A program made the translations under genes and the position numbers. This document shows positions 47,619 through 56,214 of a stretch of 64,000 nucleotides of DNA, piece after piece (position 1 is the first letter of the stretch; each line of letters begins with the position of its first letter). Source of the DNA: Candidatus Vogelbacteria bacterium RIFOXYD1_FULL_44_32 (GTDB lineage: Bacteria > Patescibacteriota > Minisyncoccia > Phycocordibacterales > XYD1-FULL-46-19). The notes beneath the pieces are model-generated. The model did not search any database. It worked only from the letters and a program-made list of their open reading frames with translations, and was not told the DNA's origin. The stretch lies in assembly GCA_001823065.1 (NCBI GenBank), contig MHTJ01000002.1, positions 53,532 through 117,531 of the forward strand, in the 5' to 3' direction.

Positions 47619-47666
47619 TTATCCACAGGTAGATTGTTGACTAGTGAACGCTTGTTCACCTATACT
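47619..47666 (+). promoter_or_regulatory. Promoter with DnaA box and GAAC-N4-GTTC SOS box
   Basis: TTATCCACA 47619-47627; TTGACT 47637; GTGAACgcttGTTCAC 47644-47659; TATACT 47661. Confidence 0.75.
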
Positions 47667-47709
47667 ATAAACAAGCCAAACGGCCCTTATAAAAATAATT
47701 TAAATAAAT

Positions 47710-47904
47710 ATGACCTACCAACAATACACCAAATCTATTCAACGCGAACTGTCAGACATTAACCAAATCATTGACCGTAAAATAATCCACGGGCTGTCTT
47801 ACCGCCGGGAATCGCTCCGGCACAAGCGCCTAATTAGCGAGCTACGCCGGCGCCGCTCGACCAGTGGCTGGCGGTCCCTAATGTCTTTCGTTTCACTCTT
47901 CTAA
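47710..47904 (+). CDS. Small basic hypothetical protein leading the SOS operon
   Basis: 64-aa ORF between the SOS-box promoter and lexA. Confidence 0.65.
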   Translation: MTYQQYTKSIQRELSDINQIIDRKIIHGLSYRRESLRHKRLISELRRRRSTSGWRSLMSFVSLF

Positions 47905-47936
47905 TAAATAGCCGAGAAAATGTTAAAATCTATCTA

Positions 47937-48503
47937 ATGGTAAACAACCACAAACAAAAATTAGTTTCGTTTTATGAAAGACATAAACGCATGCCAACCT
48001 ATACCGAGATGATGAAACTGTTTGGCTATCGTTCCAAAAATGCAGTTTTCAAATTGGTAGCCAAACTAGAAGAAGCGGGGATAGTAGCCAAGGACCACTT
48101 GGGTAGGTTGCTACCCACCAACAGTTTTAATGAAGTGCCACTACTGGGCCTAGTCAAAGCTGGCTTTCCTTCGATGGTCGAAGAAGAACAAAATGACACC
48201 ATGAGTCTAGATGACTTTCTAATCCAGAAAAAAGAATCGACTTATATTTTAGAAGTTGATGGCGACTCGATGATCGACGCTCATATTAAACCCGGAGACC
48301 TAGTAATAGCCGAGCGCACCGAACAAGCCAAAGACGGCCAGATAGTGATAGCCGAAGTGGACGGCGAATTTACCATGAAATATTTCCGCCAAACCGGAAA
48401 CAAAACTTGGTTGGAACCCGCCAACAAAAAATACAAACCAATCTACCCAGAAAATGATTTGAAGATAACCGCTATAGTCAAAGGCGTCATTAGAAAATAT
48501 TAA
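47937..48503 (+). CDS. lexA: LexA-family repressor (HTH plus S24 peptidase)
   Basis: RMPTYTEMMKLFG; VKAGFP cleavage site; GDSM; FTMKY. Confidence 0.9.
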   Translation: MVNNHKQKLVSFYERHKRMPTYTEMMKLFGYRSKNAVFKLVAKLEEAGIVAKDHLGRLLPTNSFNEVPLLGLVKAGFPSMVEEEQNDTMSLDDFLIQKKESTYILEVDGDSMIDAHIKPGDLVIAERTEQAKDGQIVIAEVDGEFTMKYFRQTGNKTWLEPANKKYKPIYPENDLKITAIVKGVIRKY

Positions 48504-48515
48504 TCACTAAATCCC

Positions 48516-49793
48516 ATGCCAAACTCTTGGCCCCGCGCTATTGTCCATATCGACGGCGACTGCTTTTTTGTTGCCTGCGAGGTGGCAAAAAATCCCAAAC
48601 TAAAGGGCCGCCCAGTGGTGGTGGGCGCCGACCGGGGTATTGCTTGTGCGATGAGCTACGAGGCAAAAGCCCTCGGTGTTACACGAGGTATGCCGGTGGG
48701 TTGGATTAGGAAAATTTGTCCTAGCACAATTATCCTCCCCGAGGACCCTGCCAGCTACACCTTGTACTCTCGTCGAATGTACGAGATTGTGCGTCGTTAC
48801 ACACCAGAAGTAGAGGAATATAGTATCGACGAATGCTTTGCCGACATTACTGGTATGCACCGTGTTCTACATAAACCTTATATCGAAATTGCCAAAGAGA
48901 TTCAACAAACCCTAAAAAGCGAACTCGGTTTAGACTTTTCGGTCGGCCTGTCGGTAAACAAAGTCCTTGCCAAGATTGCCTCCAAGAAACGAAAGCCGAA
49001 TGGTTTTACGGTTATTGACTGGCCTAGTATTGGCGACTATTTAAAAACAACATCTATCCAAAACCTGTGGGGTGTGGGTGGCCAAACAGCCAGACAGTTG
49101 TACAAACTAGGAATAAAAACTGCTTCTGATTTTGCTACCACCGCGGGCACTGAGATAGCCAAAAACTTTTCCAAACCGTACCAGGAAATATGGCATGAAT
49201 TGCAGGGCAAATTTATTTTTCTATTAAATACCAAAAGTCAGCCCAACAAAACATCAATCTCAAAAACCAAAACCTTTGGCACCACCTCTAGCGACCAACA
49301 CTTTGTCTATTCGGCCTTGTCGGCCAATATTGAAGGGGCATGTTCCAAACTGAGAAAGTCTAAATTGTTGACCGATAAAGTATCTATTTTTTTGAAGACC
49401 CAGCAGTTTGAGTATTACCACTTAGATTTTGTCTTACCATGGCCGACGGCCAACCCTAAAGATATTTTGGATATCTGCCACCAAAGATTTGCAGAAGTTT
49501 TTTCTAAAGACAAAAAATACCGCGCTACCGGTGTGACTTTGTCTGGCTTAAAACCAGCAAACACCGAAACCCTAAACCTGTTTGGCGAAGCCATAAGAAA
49601 AGAAAACAATAAAATTATTTATCACCATATTGACCTGTTAGACCATCGCTTTGGGGCCAATACTATTTTTCTTGCTTCATCTTTGTCGGCACTAAAATAT
49701 CAAAAAATAAAAGATGAGGGTTCATCTTCAAAAATATTTTCACTAAACAAAAAGAGGCACTTAGGCCTCTTGTCGTTGGGTAAGGTTACCTAA
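48516..49793 (+). CDS. dinB: Y-family DNA polymerase (Pol IV/UmuC-like)
   Basis: HIDGDCFFVACE; SYEAKALGV; YSIDECFAD; LAKIASK. Confidence 0.92.
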   Translation: MPNSWPRAIVHIDGDCFFVACEVAKNPKLKGRPVVVGADRGIACAMSYEAKALGVTRGMPVGWIRKICPSTIILPEDPASYTLYSRRMYEIVRRYTPEVEEYSIDECFADITGMHRVLHKPYIEIAKEIQQTLKSELGLDFSVGLSVNKVLAKIASKKRKPNGFTVIDWPSIGDYLKTTSIQNLWGVGGQTARQLYKLGIKTASDFATTAGTEIAKNFSKPYQEIWHELQGKFIFLLNTKSQPNKTSISKTKTFGTTSSDQHFVYSALSANIEGACSKLRKSKLLTDKVSIFLKTQQFEYYHLDFVLPWPTANPKDILDICHQRFAEVFSKDKKYRATGVTLSGLKPANTETLNLFGEAIRKENNKIIYHHIDLLDHRFGANTIFLASSLSALKYQKIKDEGSSSKIFSLNKKRHLGLLSLGKVT

Positions 49794-49800
49794 AATTTAA

Positions 49801-50541
49801 TCACGCCCGAACTGGCACTTCTTTAATCAAATCCACCACCATCTGTTCATCATCAAACAGGTGATAGAGATCGGTATCCTCGGCATCAATCGTGTGGAAG
49901 CGACTGCGTAGCTCGGTATCAATCCAAGTGGTAAGTGGTTTCCAAAAATCGATACCAACTAAAATAATCGGTACCCACGGAATTTTTTTCGTCTGAACCA
50001 AAGTTAATATTTCAAACAATTCATCGAGCGTCCCAAACCCACCCGGAAAATAAACAAAAGCCTCCGACGAATAAGTCATGCAAACTTTACGGGTAAAGAA
50101 ATAATAAAAATCCTCGTGAGCGGTAACATAGGGGTTGGTCGATTGCTCCATTGGTAACTCAATCGTGAGACCAAGTGAATCGCCTCCGGCTTCCTTAGCG
50201 CCCCGATTGCCGGCCTCCATAATCCCCGGACCACCACCAGTAATAATCGCGTAACCTTCCTTAGCGAGCAGATTACCAAGGCGCCGAGCTTGCTCATAAT
50301 GCGGGTCAGTTTCCGGCAAGCGGGCCGAACCAAAAAAAGTTACTGATTTGGGATAAGATTTTACAAAATTAAAACCATCACTAAATTCTTTTTGAATAAC
50401 ACTAATCCTATGTTTAATATCCTGGTCAACATCATCGACAGTCAGGGTGTCAATCGGTAAATCTTTAGCTGGCAAGTTAATAATCTTTTTCTGGACCAAT
50501 TTGTCATCTATTTTTGCCGACTGACCGAAAAAATTAAACAT
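49801..50541 (-). CDS. LOG-family Rossmann-fold protein
   Basis: VTFFGSAR; TGGGPGIMEAGN; PGGFGTLDELFE. Confidence 0.93.
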   Translation of the reverse strand: MFNFFGQSAKIDDKLVQKKIINLPAKDLPIDTLTVDDVDQDIKHRISVIQKEFSDGFNFVKSYPKSVTFFGSARLPETDPHYEQARRLGNLLAKEGYAIITGGGPGIMEAGNRGAKEAGGDSLGLTIELPMEQSTNPYVTAHEDFYYFFTRKVCMTYSSEAFVYFPGGFGTLDELFEILTLVQTKKIPWVPIILVGIDFWKPLTTWIDTELRSRFHTIDAEDTDLYHLFDDEQMVVDLIKEVPVRA

Positions 50542-50622
50542 AAAATTTTTGATTATAATTAAGTGTTTATATTTTAGCATAAAAGAAGCTGGGGCATTAT
50601 CCAGCCTTAAACACAAACAAAC

Positions 50623-50797
50623 CAGAGCACTTGGCTCGGGTAAGTCGGGGCCAAGTGCTCTGTCGACAATAAAGGCCCGCTGGCGCGGGCTTTTATTGTC
50701 GACCTTGGGTTATTATCTAGATCCGCACACCAAGTTGTGCATTGTCGAGCCCCTACTCGACGTAACCTTGTTGCAATGTGCAACTTGGTGTGCGGAT
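50623..50797. repeat. Three consecutive long hairpins
   Basis: Inverted repeats at 50623-50662, 50662-50703 and 50721-50744/50774-50797. Confidence 0.75.
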
Positions 50798-50859
50798 AGA
50801 TCACAAATGTAAATTGCCACTCGGCGCTAAAAGGGATTTCAGGCCCCGCCCTACAAATC

Positions 50860-51852
50860 TTAAAATGGATTTCGGGCACCGCGGATTTCGAAGTGGATAT
50901 GCGGACCAGTCGAGTTGCCAGACGAACCAAGCCGACCAATAGTCTGACCTTGAACTACCACCTGCCCAGGGGCCACCGCCACATCCAACATATGGCCGTA
51001 CAAAGTCTGGGTACCATTGTCATGACTAATCACCACATAGTTGCCATAACCACCATTCCAACCACCGGTCCGCGCCACAATCACAGTCCCAGCGGCGGCA
51101 GCGTAAAGCTCGGCCCCAGTTGTATTGGCTAGGTCTACCCCATTGTTGCCATGAATCCCTTGGGTTTTTAGACCACCAACCATCGGACGAATAAAATAAC
51201 CAGCGTAGGTCGGTAAAGTGGCGTATTTATTGGCCGTGGAAGGCGACGACCCATCTTTCTTGCCAGGGGTAGTGGGATTTTTCTTTAGTAATGGCAATTC
51301 ACCATGGGGCACAATAATTTCTTCACCAATCTTGAGCGAAGCATTTTGTTCTAACCCGTTGTAACTACCGATTTCTTCCGCATCGGCACCATAGAGTTTG
51401 GCAATTTTGGCAATAGTGTCACCACTTTTTACCATATGACGAACACCCGAGATTGGGAGAATAACCAACACATCACCCTCGGCAATCGCACTGGTTTTTT
51501 TGATATTGTTGGCCCACATTATGGTGTTCACCGACACCCCATACATATCAGCGATTTCGGACAAAGTATCACCGCTTTTAACTGTATAAGTACTAATTTG
51601 GTCGTTTTTAGGGATGAAAATAGTAGCACCGGCGGTACCAGCTGGACCGACATTGGGCACTAAAGCTGAGCCATCTTCTACCAACAGTGGCCCACCCCGA
51701 CCAAAGAAGGGACTAGGGGAATGGACTGGTTCCAAAAGAGCCATTTTTTGCGAATTTAAAACTGTCGCCGACTGTAAAGCGACCAAGCTAGGGTTTTGAC
51801 TGGAGCCAAAACCAAAAAAACCAGCATAAGCTGTCCTGTAGACTAAAACCAT
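50860..51852 (-). CDS. LysM x2 plus M23 metallopeptidase; true start probably further upstream
   Basis: YTVKSGDTLSEIA; HMVKSGDTIAKIA; HGNNGVD; TLYGHM; STGPHIHFE. Confidence 0.95.
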   Translation of the reverse strand: MVLVYRTAYAGFFGFGSSQNPSLVALQSATVLNSQKMALLEPVHSPSPFFGRGGPLLVEDGSALVPNVGPAGTAGATIFIPKNDQISTYTVKSGDTLSEIADMYGVSVNTIMWANNIKKTSAIAEGDVLVILPISGVRHMVKSGDTIAKIAKLYGADAEEIGSYNGLEQNASLKIGEEIIVPHGELPLLKKNPTTPGKKDGSSPSTANKYATLPTYAGYFIRPMVGGLKTQGIHGNNGVDLANTTGAELYAAAAGTVIVARTGGWNGGYGNYVVISHDNGTQTLYGHMLDVAVAPGQVVVQGQTIGRLGSSGNSTGPHIHFEIRGARNPF

Positions 51853-52238
51853 TAGGATTAAAACTACCCAAACAAAAACAAGCTTTTCCCGAAAAGCCTT
51901 GAAAATAAACGATATTTTACCGAAACGGCCACTTTTTGGCCTCGGTTTTGTAAATTTTCCTAAAATAAGCCTTGTTTTATATGGTAATTTCCGGGTATTC
52001 GGCCAGAATATGTTGGAAAATAACGATTTTCCCGGATATTAACCCTAGTGTCTCCCAACCTCTAAATGGTACCAAACCTATAAGAAATGACAACTAAAAA
52101 CGTAAGCCATGTGGAAAACTACTTTCATTGACTTTTTTATATATAAATGCTATTATATTAAGTAGGCACAATATGGCATAGTGGGAATAATATCCCCGCT
52201 ACTACTTATTCAACCGCACCCTGACAACGGAGGAGAAA

Positions 52239-52685
52239 ATGAATACGTACGACCTGAAGAAAAAGCATCGTGTATCGGTGTGGATGAGTGATGATCAGTT
52301 CGACTTTTTCCTTGAACTCTGGTTTGCCAAAAAGCAGACCATTGCGGAAATTGTCGGGATGATTGAGCGAGTCGCGGACCTGTCGGCCCACGGTCTCGCT
52401 CCAACCTTCACCAATGTTCAGAAATTCTGCCGGTTTATGGACCTGCAATTTCCTGAACTTAGTGACAGGGAGGCGGTCCATTCACGACGACTCCAGCGTT
52501 ACATTGAGGACGACCGGTGTGTTTCTGCGAGTGAGTATTCAGGCTTTGAAGGGCGGCGGAATTTCCTGTCGGCCATTCTGACTGAAATCAAGGAGGTGCT
52601 AGAGAAGGATGAGGACAATGGCCCGCGTTTCGCGGACAGCTACTGGTTCAACCAGTACCGCCGGGCACTGAAAGAGAAACTTTAA
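52239..52685 (+). CDS. Orphan hypothetical protein, SD-led
   Basis: GGAGG SD; promoter TTGACT...TATTAT near 52128-52156; C-terminus similar to the next ORF. Confidence 0.7.
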   Translation: MNTYDLKKKHRVSVWMSDDQFDFFLELWFAKKQTIAEIVGMIERVADLSAHGLAPTFTNVQKFCRFMDLQFPELSDREAVHSRRLQRYIEDDRCVSASEYSGFEGRRNFLSAILTEIKEVLEKDEDNGPRFADSYWFNQYRRALKEKL

Positions 52686-52703
52686 AGAAGGGAAGGAAAC
52701 CGT

Positions 52704-53030
52704 ATGTTGAAGTCAGAAGTGAGCAGCTGTCTGAGTGAACTCCAGACGCTTGTCCGAGGGTTTGCCTTCGCTGTGTACTCGGGCGTGTTTGAACATCCGG
52801 AATCAGTAGAAGAGTTCGCCCTCAGCCTCCAGACCTTTTCCGAGTTCTTCTACGGATTGAAGCACTCGGACGACCCGACCTATGTGTCCGGGGAGTACGG
52901 GGACTATATCGGCTTACTTGTCGATCTCAAGTACCAACTTGAGCTCCTCGAGGATGACGAACGGCTCAGTGGTGCCTACTGGTATAAGCAATACCAGGGA
53001 GCACTTGAACTTCGTCGAGAAGCTGACTGA
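52704..53030 (+). CDS. Orphan hypothetical protein, paralog of the previous ORF
   Basis: Shared YW(F/Y)xQYxxAL C-terminal motif; purine-rich SD. Confidence 0.7.
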   Translation: MLKSEVSSCLSELQTLVRGFAFAVYSGVFEHPESVEEFALSLQTFSEFFYGLKHSDDPTYVSGEYGDYIGLLVDLKYQLELLEDDERLSGAYWYKQYQGALELRREAD

Positions 53031-53117
53031 ACGTATTTTTGTCCAACATTGTTTGTTCGCAACCATCACCCGAACTTAGGGAGGTGGTTTTATTTTACCT
53101 AAAAATTATTTTAGTAA

Positions 53118-53232
53118 TTAAATTTCTTTCTCCAACACAACATCCATTATTTTATAACCTTCTTTTTTGTATACATTTAAGGCTCTCTCATTTAAAGATG
53201 AGCCCACCAGTCTCAATCTTTTTACACCTTGG
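53118..53232 (-). pseudogene. 3' remnant of a GNAT acetyltransferase
   Basis: GVKRLRLVGSSLNERALNVYKKEGY fits the GNAT N-x2-A-x3-Y-x-K-x-G-F motif; a terminator-like hairpin lies upstream. Confidence 0.5.
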
Positions 53233-53401
53233 AGCAGAAGAAAAAGCCCGCTGGGGCTTTTTCTGTGTTTGGAAAGGGAAGCTAGACGAGCCGAGCACCA
53301 CTTCAGAATATTATATAAAGTTACCTTTAAAGTTTTGGGGTTCAAATACCGTGATTCTACCTCTTACCTTTTTGTCTGAAGTGGGGCTTCGGCGAGCGTC
53401 C

Positions 53402-55762
53402 TTATTGTCTCAAGCGGAAAAGAATTTCTTGTTCCACCTGACCTAAATCTCGCCCGTAGGTAAGGCGCGACAGCTCTTTGAGTTGTTCCGCCAGCTCGCG
53501 GGAGCCACCATCGACCCGAGGCACTTTAATATTGAAAGGTTTGGCTGGCTCACCATTTATTAAAATTTTTAAATAAGCATTTTGATTTTCAATGGAAATT
53601 AAATCATTTTCCGTAAAGGTCTGGCCGAAATGTTTGACTAAATGTTCAGCATCAGTGGTACCCACCCGAAAAGCGGCTAGCGAACCAACGTTGCCAAAAA
53701 CTGCCTCACGAATTTCATCGGTGAGTTGAGCAATAAATTGGTGCGCTAAAATTAAATTTAACCGATACTTCCGCGCTTCGGACAAAATAACCGAAATAGA
53801 GTCGGTGGTGAAATTTTGAAATTCATCAATGTATAAATAAAAATCTTTACGGTCATTTTCCGGAATATCAGTCCGCGACAAAGCCGCCAGTAGTAACCGC
53901 CCCGTACAAATCATCCCCAACAACCCGGCATTAATATCACCAATTTTACCTTTAGCAAGGTTCACCAACAAAATCTTCCGTCCATCCATTACTTCGCGGA
54001 AATTAAAGGCCGACTTAGGCTGGCCAATAATCGGTCGCATATAATCGTTGGCAATAAAATTACCAAACTTGGAGGTAATATAGGGCGTCATATTGGCCAG
54101 GCCCTGCTCACCGGTCGTTTTAGACGCTTCTTTTTCCCAAAAATCAATCACAGTTGGATTACTAATCCGCCCCAACTTTTTATTACGAAAAGCCGGGTCG
54201 GTAAATATCCGGGGTACCTCCATTAGGGTCGCCGGTTCATATTTGGCGTCTTCCATCAACAAAAGGAGGGAATTCCTCATATATTGCTCAAACATTGGCC
54301 CCATCGTCTCTTTATCAAACAACCGGTTGAAGATAGATTGAATTTCGTTGACAATAAAAGTTTTTTCCTCGGGGCGGTCAAAGTTATATTCCAGCATATT
54401 TAGCCCCAAAGGCCGACCCACATCGCCCGGGTTGAAAACAATCACATCTTCGAGACGCGAAGCGGGGACTCGTTCCAAAACTTTGTCCACCAACTCACCG
54501 TGGGGGTCGATAACACACAGACCCTTGCCCGCCTCCATATCTTGAGCAATGGTATTTAACATAAAATACGATTTACCGGTACCAGTCTGACCAATACAAT
54601 AAAAATGGCGCCGGCGGTCATTGTCGGCCATCCGCACCGGCTTCATATCCCCCCGAAACAAACTTTCACCCACCACCACTCCAGCTGGAGGTAAATTTTG
54701 GGGTGGGGGGGCTTCCCGACTCTTTAGCCACTTGATCCGTGGAATATCCGTGGTCACAGTCGGAAAGTGAAAGATGCTAGCAATTTCCTCGGTATTTAAA
54801 ACTATAAACTCTTTTGGCTCTGACTCACGGAAAATATATTGATGCACCAATTTTTTTATTTTTTTACCCTTGGGCAAAACCAGCTTAAAGCCATTGCGCC
54901 GGGGTGAAGAAAATTGGCTAAAAGCCCCCCCGATGGCGAGCATAATATCACCAGCTTCATTGTCGGTATCACCAGCAGCTACCACCCGGACATTGACATT
55001 GAACAATGGTTTGCGAATCTTGGCTTCAATTGATTCAATCACTTCATTGTCAATCGGCGCTGAGTCTAATTTTTTATCATCATCTTTTTTAGATGAAGAA
55101 AACAATTCGCCGGCAATTTCTGACACGGGAGCAAAAGTTTTATAACTTTTTAATATTTTTTTTAGTTTTTCACCTTTCCTTAATTTGGCCACAATATCTA
55201 AAGCGGTTTTTTTAAATGACGTCCCAGCTGGTGAAATCACTAGTTGAAGGGCCGCCCCATCACCCTCTTCCCGTAGGCGTGATAAGGTCGAGACAATCGG
55301 GGCAAAAGAATCTACTTCCGCCTCTCGATAAGTACGAATCGGAACAAAAGGAGCTTCTTCCAGTGCCAAATAACCAGCTCGCACTCCATGCTCGTTGGCA
55401 AAAATAGTATAATCGGCCACTTCATCTACCTGGGAATCGGGGAAAAAACCTTGGATTTGGCGAGCAACAAACTCGAGCTGGTTCCGAGGCGCACCAACAT
55501 AAAAATAGATATCGCCCCCAGAGCTATGGACCGCTGTCTCTAAAACAAATGGTTCTTTAATAGCAGTTAAAGCTGACAAAAATTGCTCAAGTAAATTAAT
55601 ATCAAATAAAAAATCCTTCTGGTCCTTGGCTTCGCGCCGAGCAATTTTGACCAATAATATTTTAAGATTTAGTGAATCAAACCGTTGGCGGTGCCATAAA
55701 ATATAAACACCACCAGCCATTAGGCCTAAAATAATAATTAGTAAAATAAAATATACGGTCAT
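53402..55762 (-). CDS. VirB4/TraG-like (HerA-FtsK fold) type IV secretion ATPase
   Basis: RRRHFYCIGQTGTGKS; VIDPHGEL; LYIDEFQNF; LSEARKYRLNLILAHQ. Confidence 0.9.
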   Translation of the reverse strand: MTVYFILLIIILGLMAGGVYILWHRQRFDSLNLKILLVKIARREAKDQKDFLFDINLLEQFLSALTAIKEPFVLETAVHSSGGDIYFYVGAPRNQLEFVARQIQGFFPDSQVDEVADYTIFANEHGVRAGYLALEEAPFVPIRTYREAEVDSFAPIVSTLSRLREEGDGAALQLVISPAGTSFKKTALDIVAKLRKGEKLKKILKSYKTFAPVSEIAGELFSSSKKDDDKKLDSAPIDNEVIESIEAKIRKPLFNVNVRVVAAGDTDNEAGDIMLAIGGAFSQFSSPRRNGFKLVLPKGKKIKKLVHQYIFRESEPKEFIVLNTEEIASIFHFPTVTTDIPRIKWLKSREAPPPQNLPPAGVVVGESLFRGDMKPVRMADNDRRRHFYCIGQTGTGKSYFMLNTIAQDMEAGKGLCVIDPHGELVDKVLERVPASRLEDVIVFNPGDVGRPLGLNMLEYNFDRPEEKTFIVNEIQSIFNRLFDKETMGPMFEQYMRNSLLLLMEDAKYEPATLMEVPRIFTDPAFRNKKLGRISNPTVIDFWEKEASKTTGEQGLANMTPYITSKFGNFIANDYMRPIIGQPKSAFNFREVMDGRKILLVNLAKGKIGDINAGLLGMICTGRLLLAALSRTDIPENDRKDFYLYIDEFQNFTTDSISVILSEARKYRLNLILAHQFIAQLTDEIREAVFGNVGSLAAFRVGTTDAEHLVKHFGQTFTENDLISIENQNAYLKILINGEPAKPFNIKVPRVDGGSRELAEQLKELSRLTYGRDLGQVEQEILFRLRQ

Positions 55763-55765
55763 AGA

Positions 55766-56146
55766 CTAATTGACTAAACCTCGTTTTTTTAGTTCAGCGT
55801 GAACCTTGTCGGTTAGGGTATCGTGAAAAGCATCTTCGTCTAAAAAGGAAAGTTTTTTGGCTTCAGCGATGGTTTTAGCTAAACCCTTGGTAAACACGCG
55901 GTCCACCAAATAAGCTACAGTTTGTTCAACTTCCTCCGGCAAAGTTTCTAAATAAGAACTTTCACTGCCTTCGGCGACAGGTGGGACGACCCGGGGGGTA
56001 GCGCTAAAATCAGTTATAGCTTCACTAACCAAGTCTTTATCAGATATGATTTTGTTTTCTGTTTCCAAATTTCGTCGTTTTTCCGCAATCCGCTCCTCTA
56101 GTTCAGCAATTTCTGCTTCGATATGTTGTGCTATTTTTTGCTCCAT
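55766..56146 (-). CDS. Hypothetical protein co-transcribed with the ATPase
   Basis: Ends 3 nt before the ATPase start; DAFHDTL motif. Confidence 0.7.
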   Translation of the reverse strand: MEQKIAQHIEAEIAELEERIAEKRRNLETENKIISDKDLVSEAITDFSATPRVVPPVAEGSESSYLETLPEEVEQTVAYLVDRVFTKGLAKTIAEAKKLSFLDEDAFHDTLTDKVHAELKKRGLVN

Positions 56147-56214
56147 AATTATGAGCTAATTATACCTCAATAAAATCCAAACCGAAAAGAAAACTAGTGT
56201 GATATAGTAGGGCA

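Noticed and set aside
37160-47627. oriC inferred from DnaA boxes
   Set aside because: Only two isolated perfect boxes 10 kb apart, each beside a promoter; no box cluster and no dnaA gene
47287-47762. ORF-track entries over the repeat region (also those at 33716, 33787, 34719, 35002, 7140 and 50549)
   Set aside because: They overlap GC-rich hairpin repeats or tRNAs and show no protein motifs
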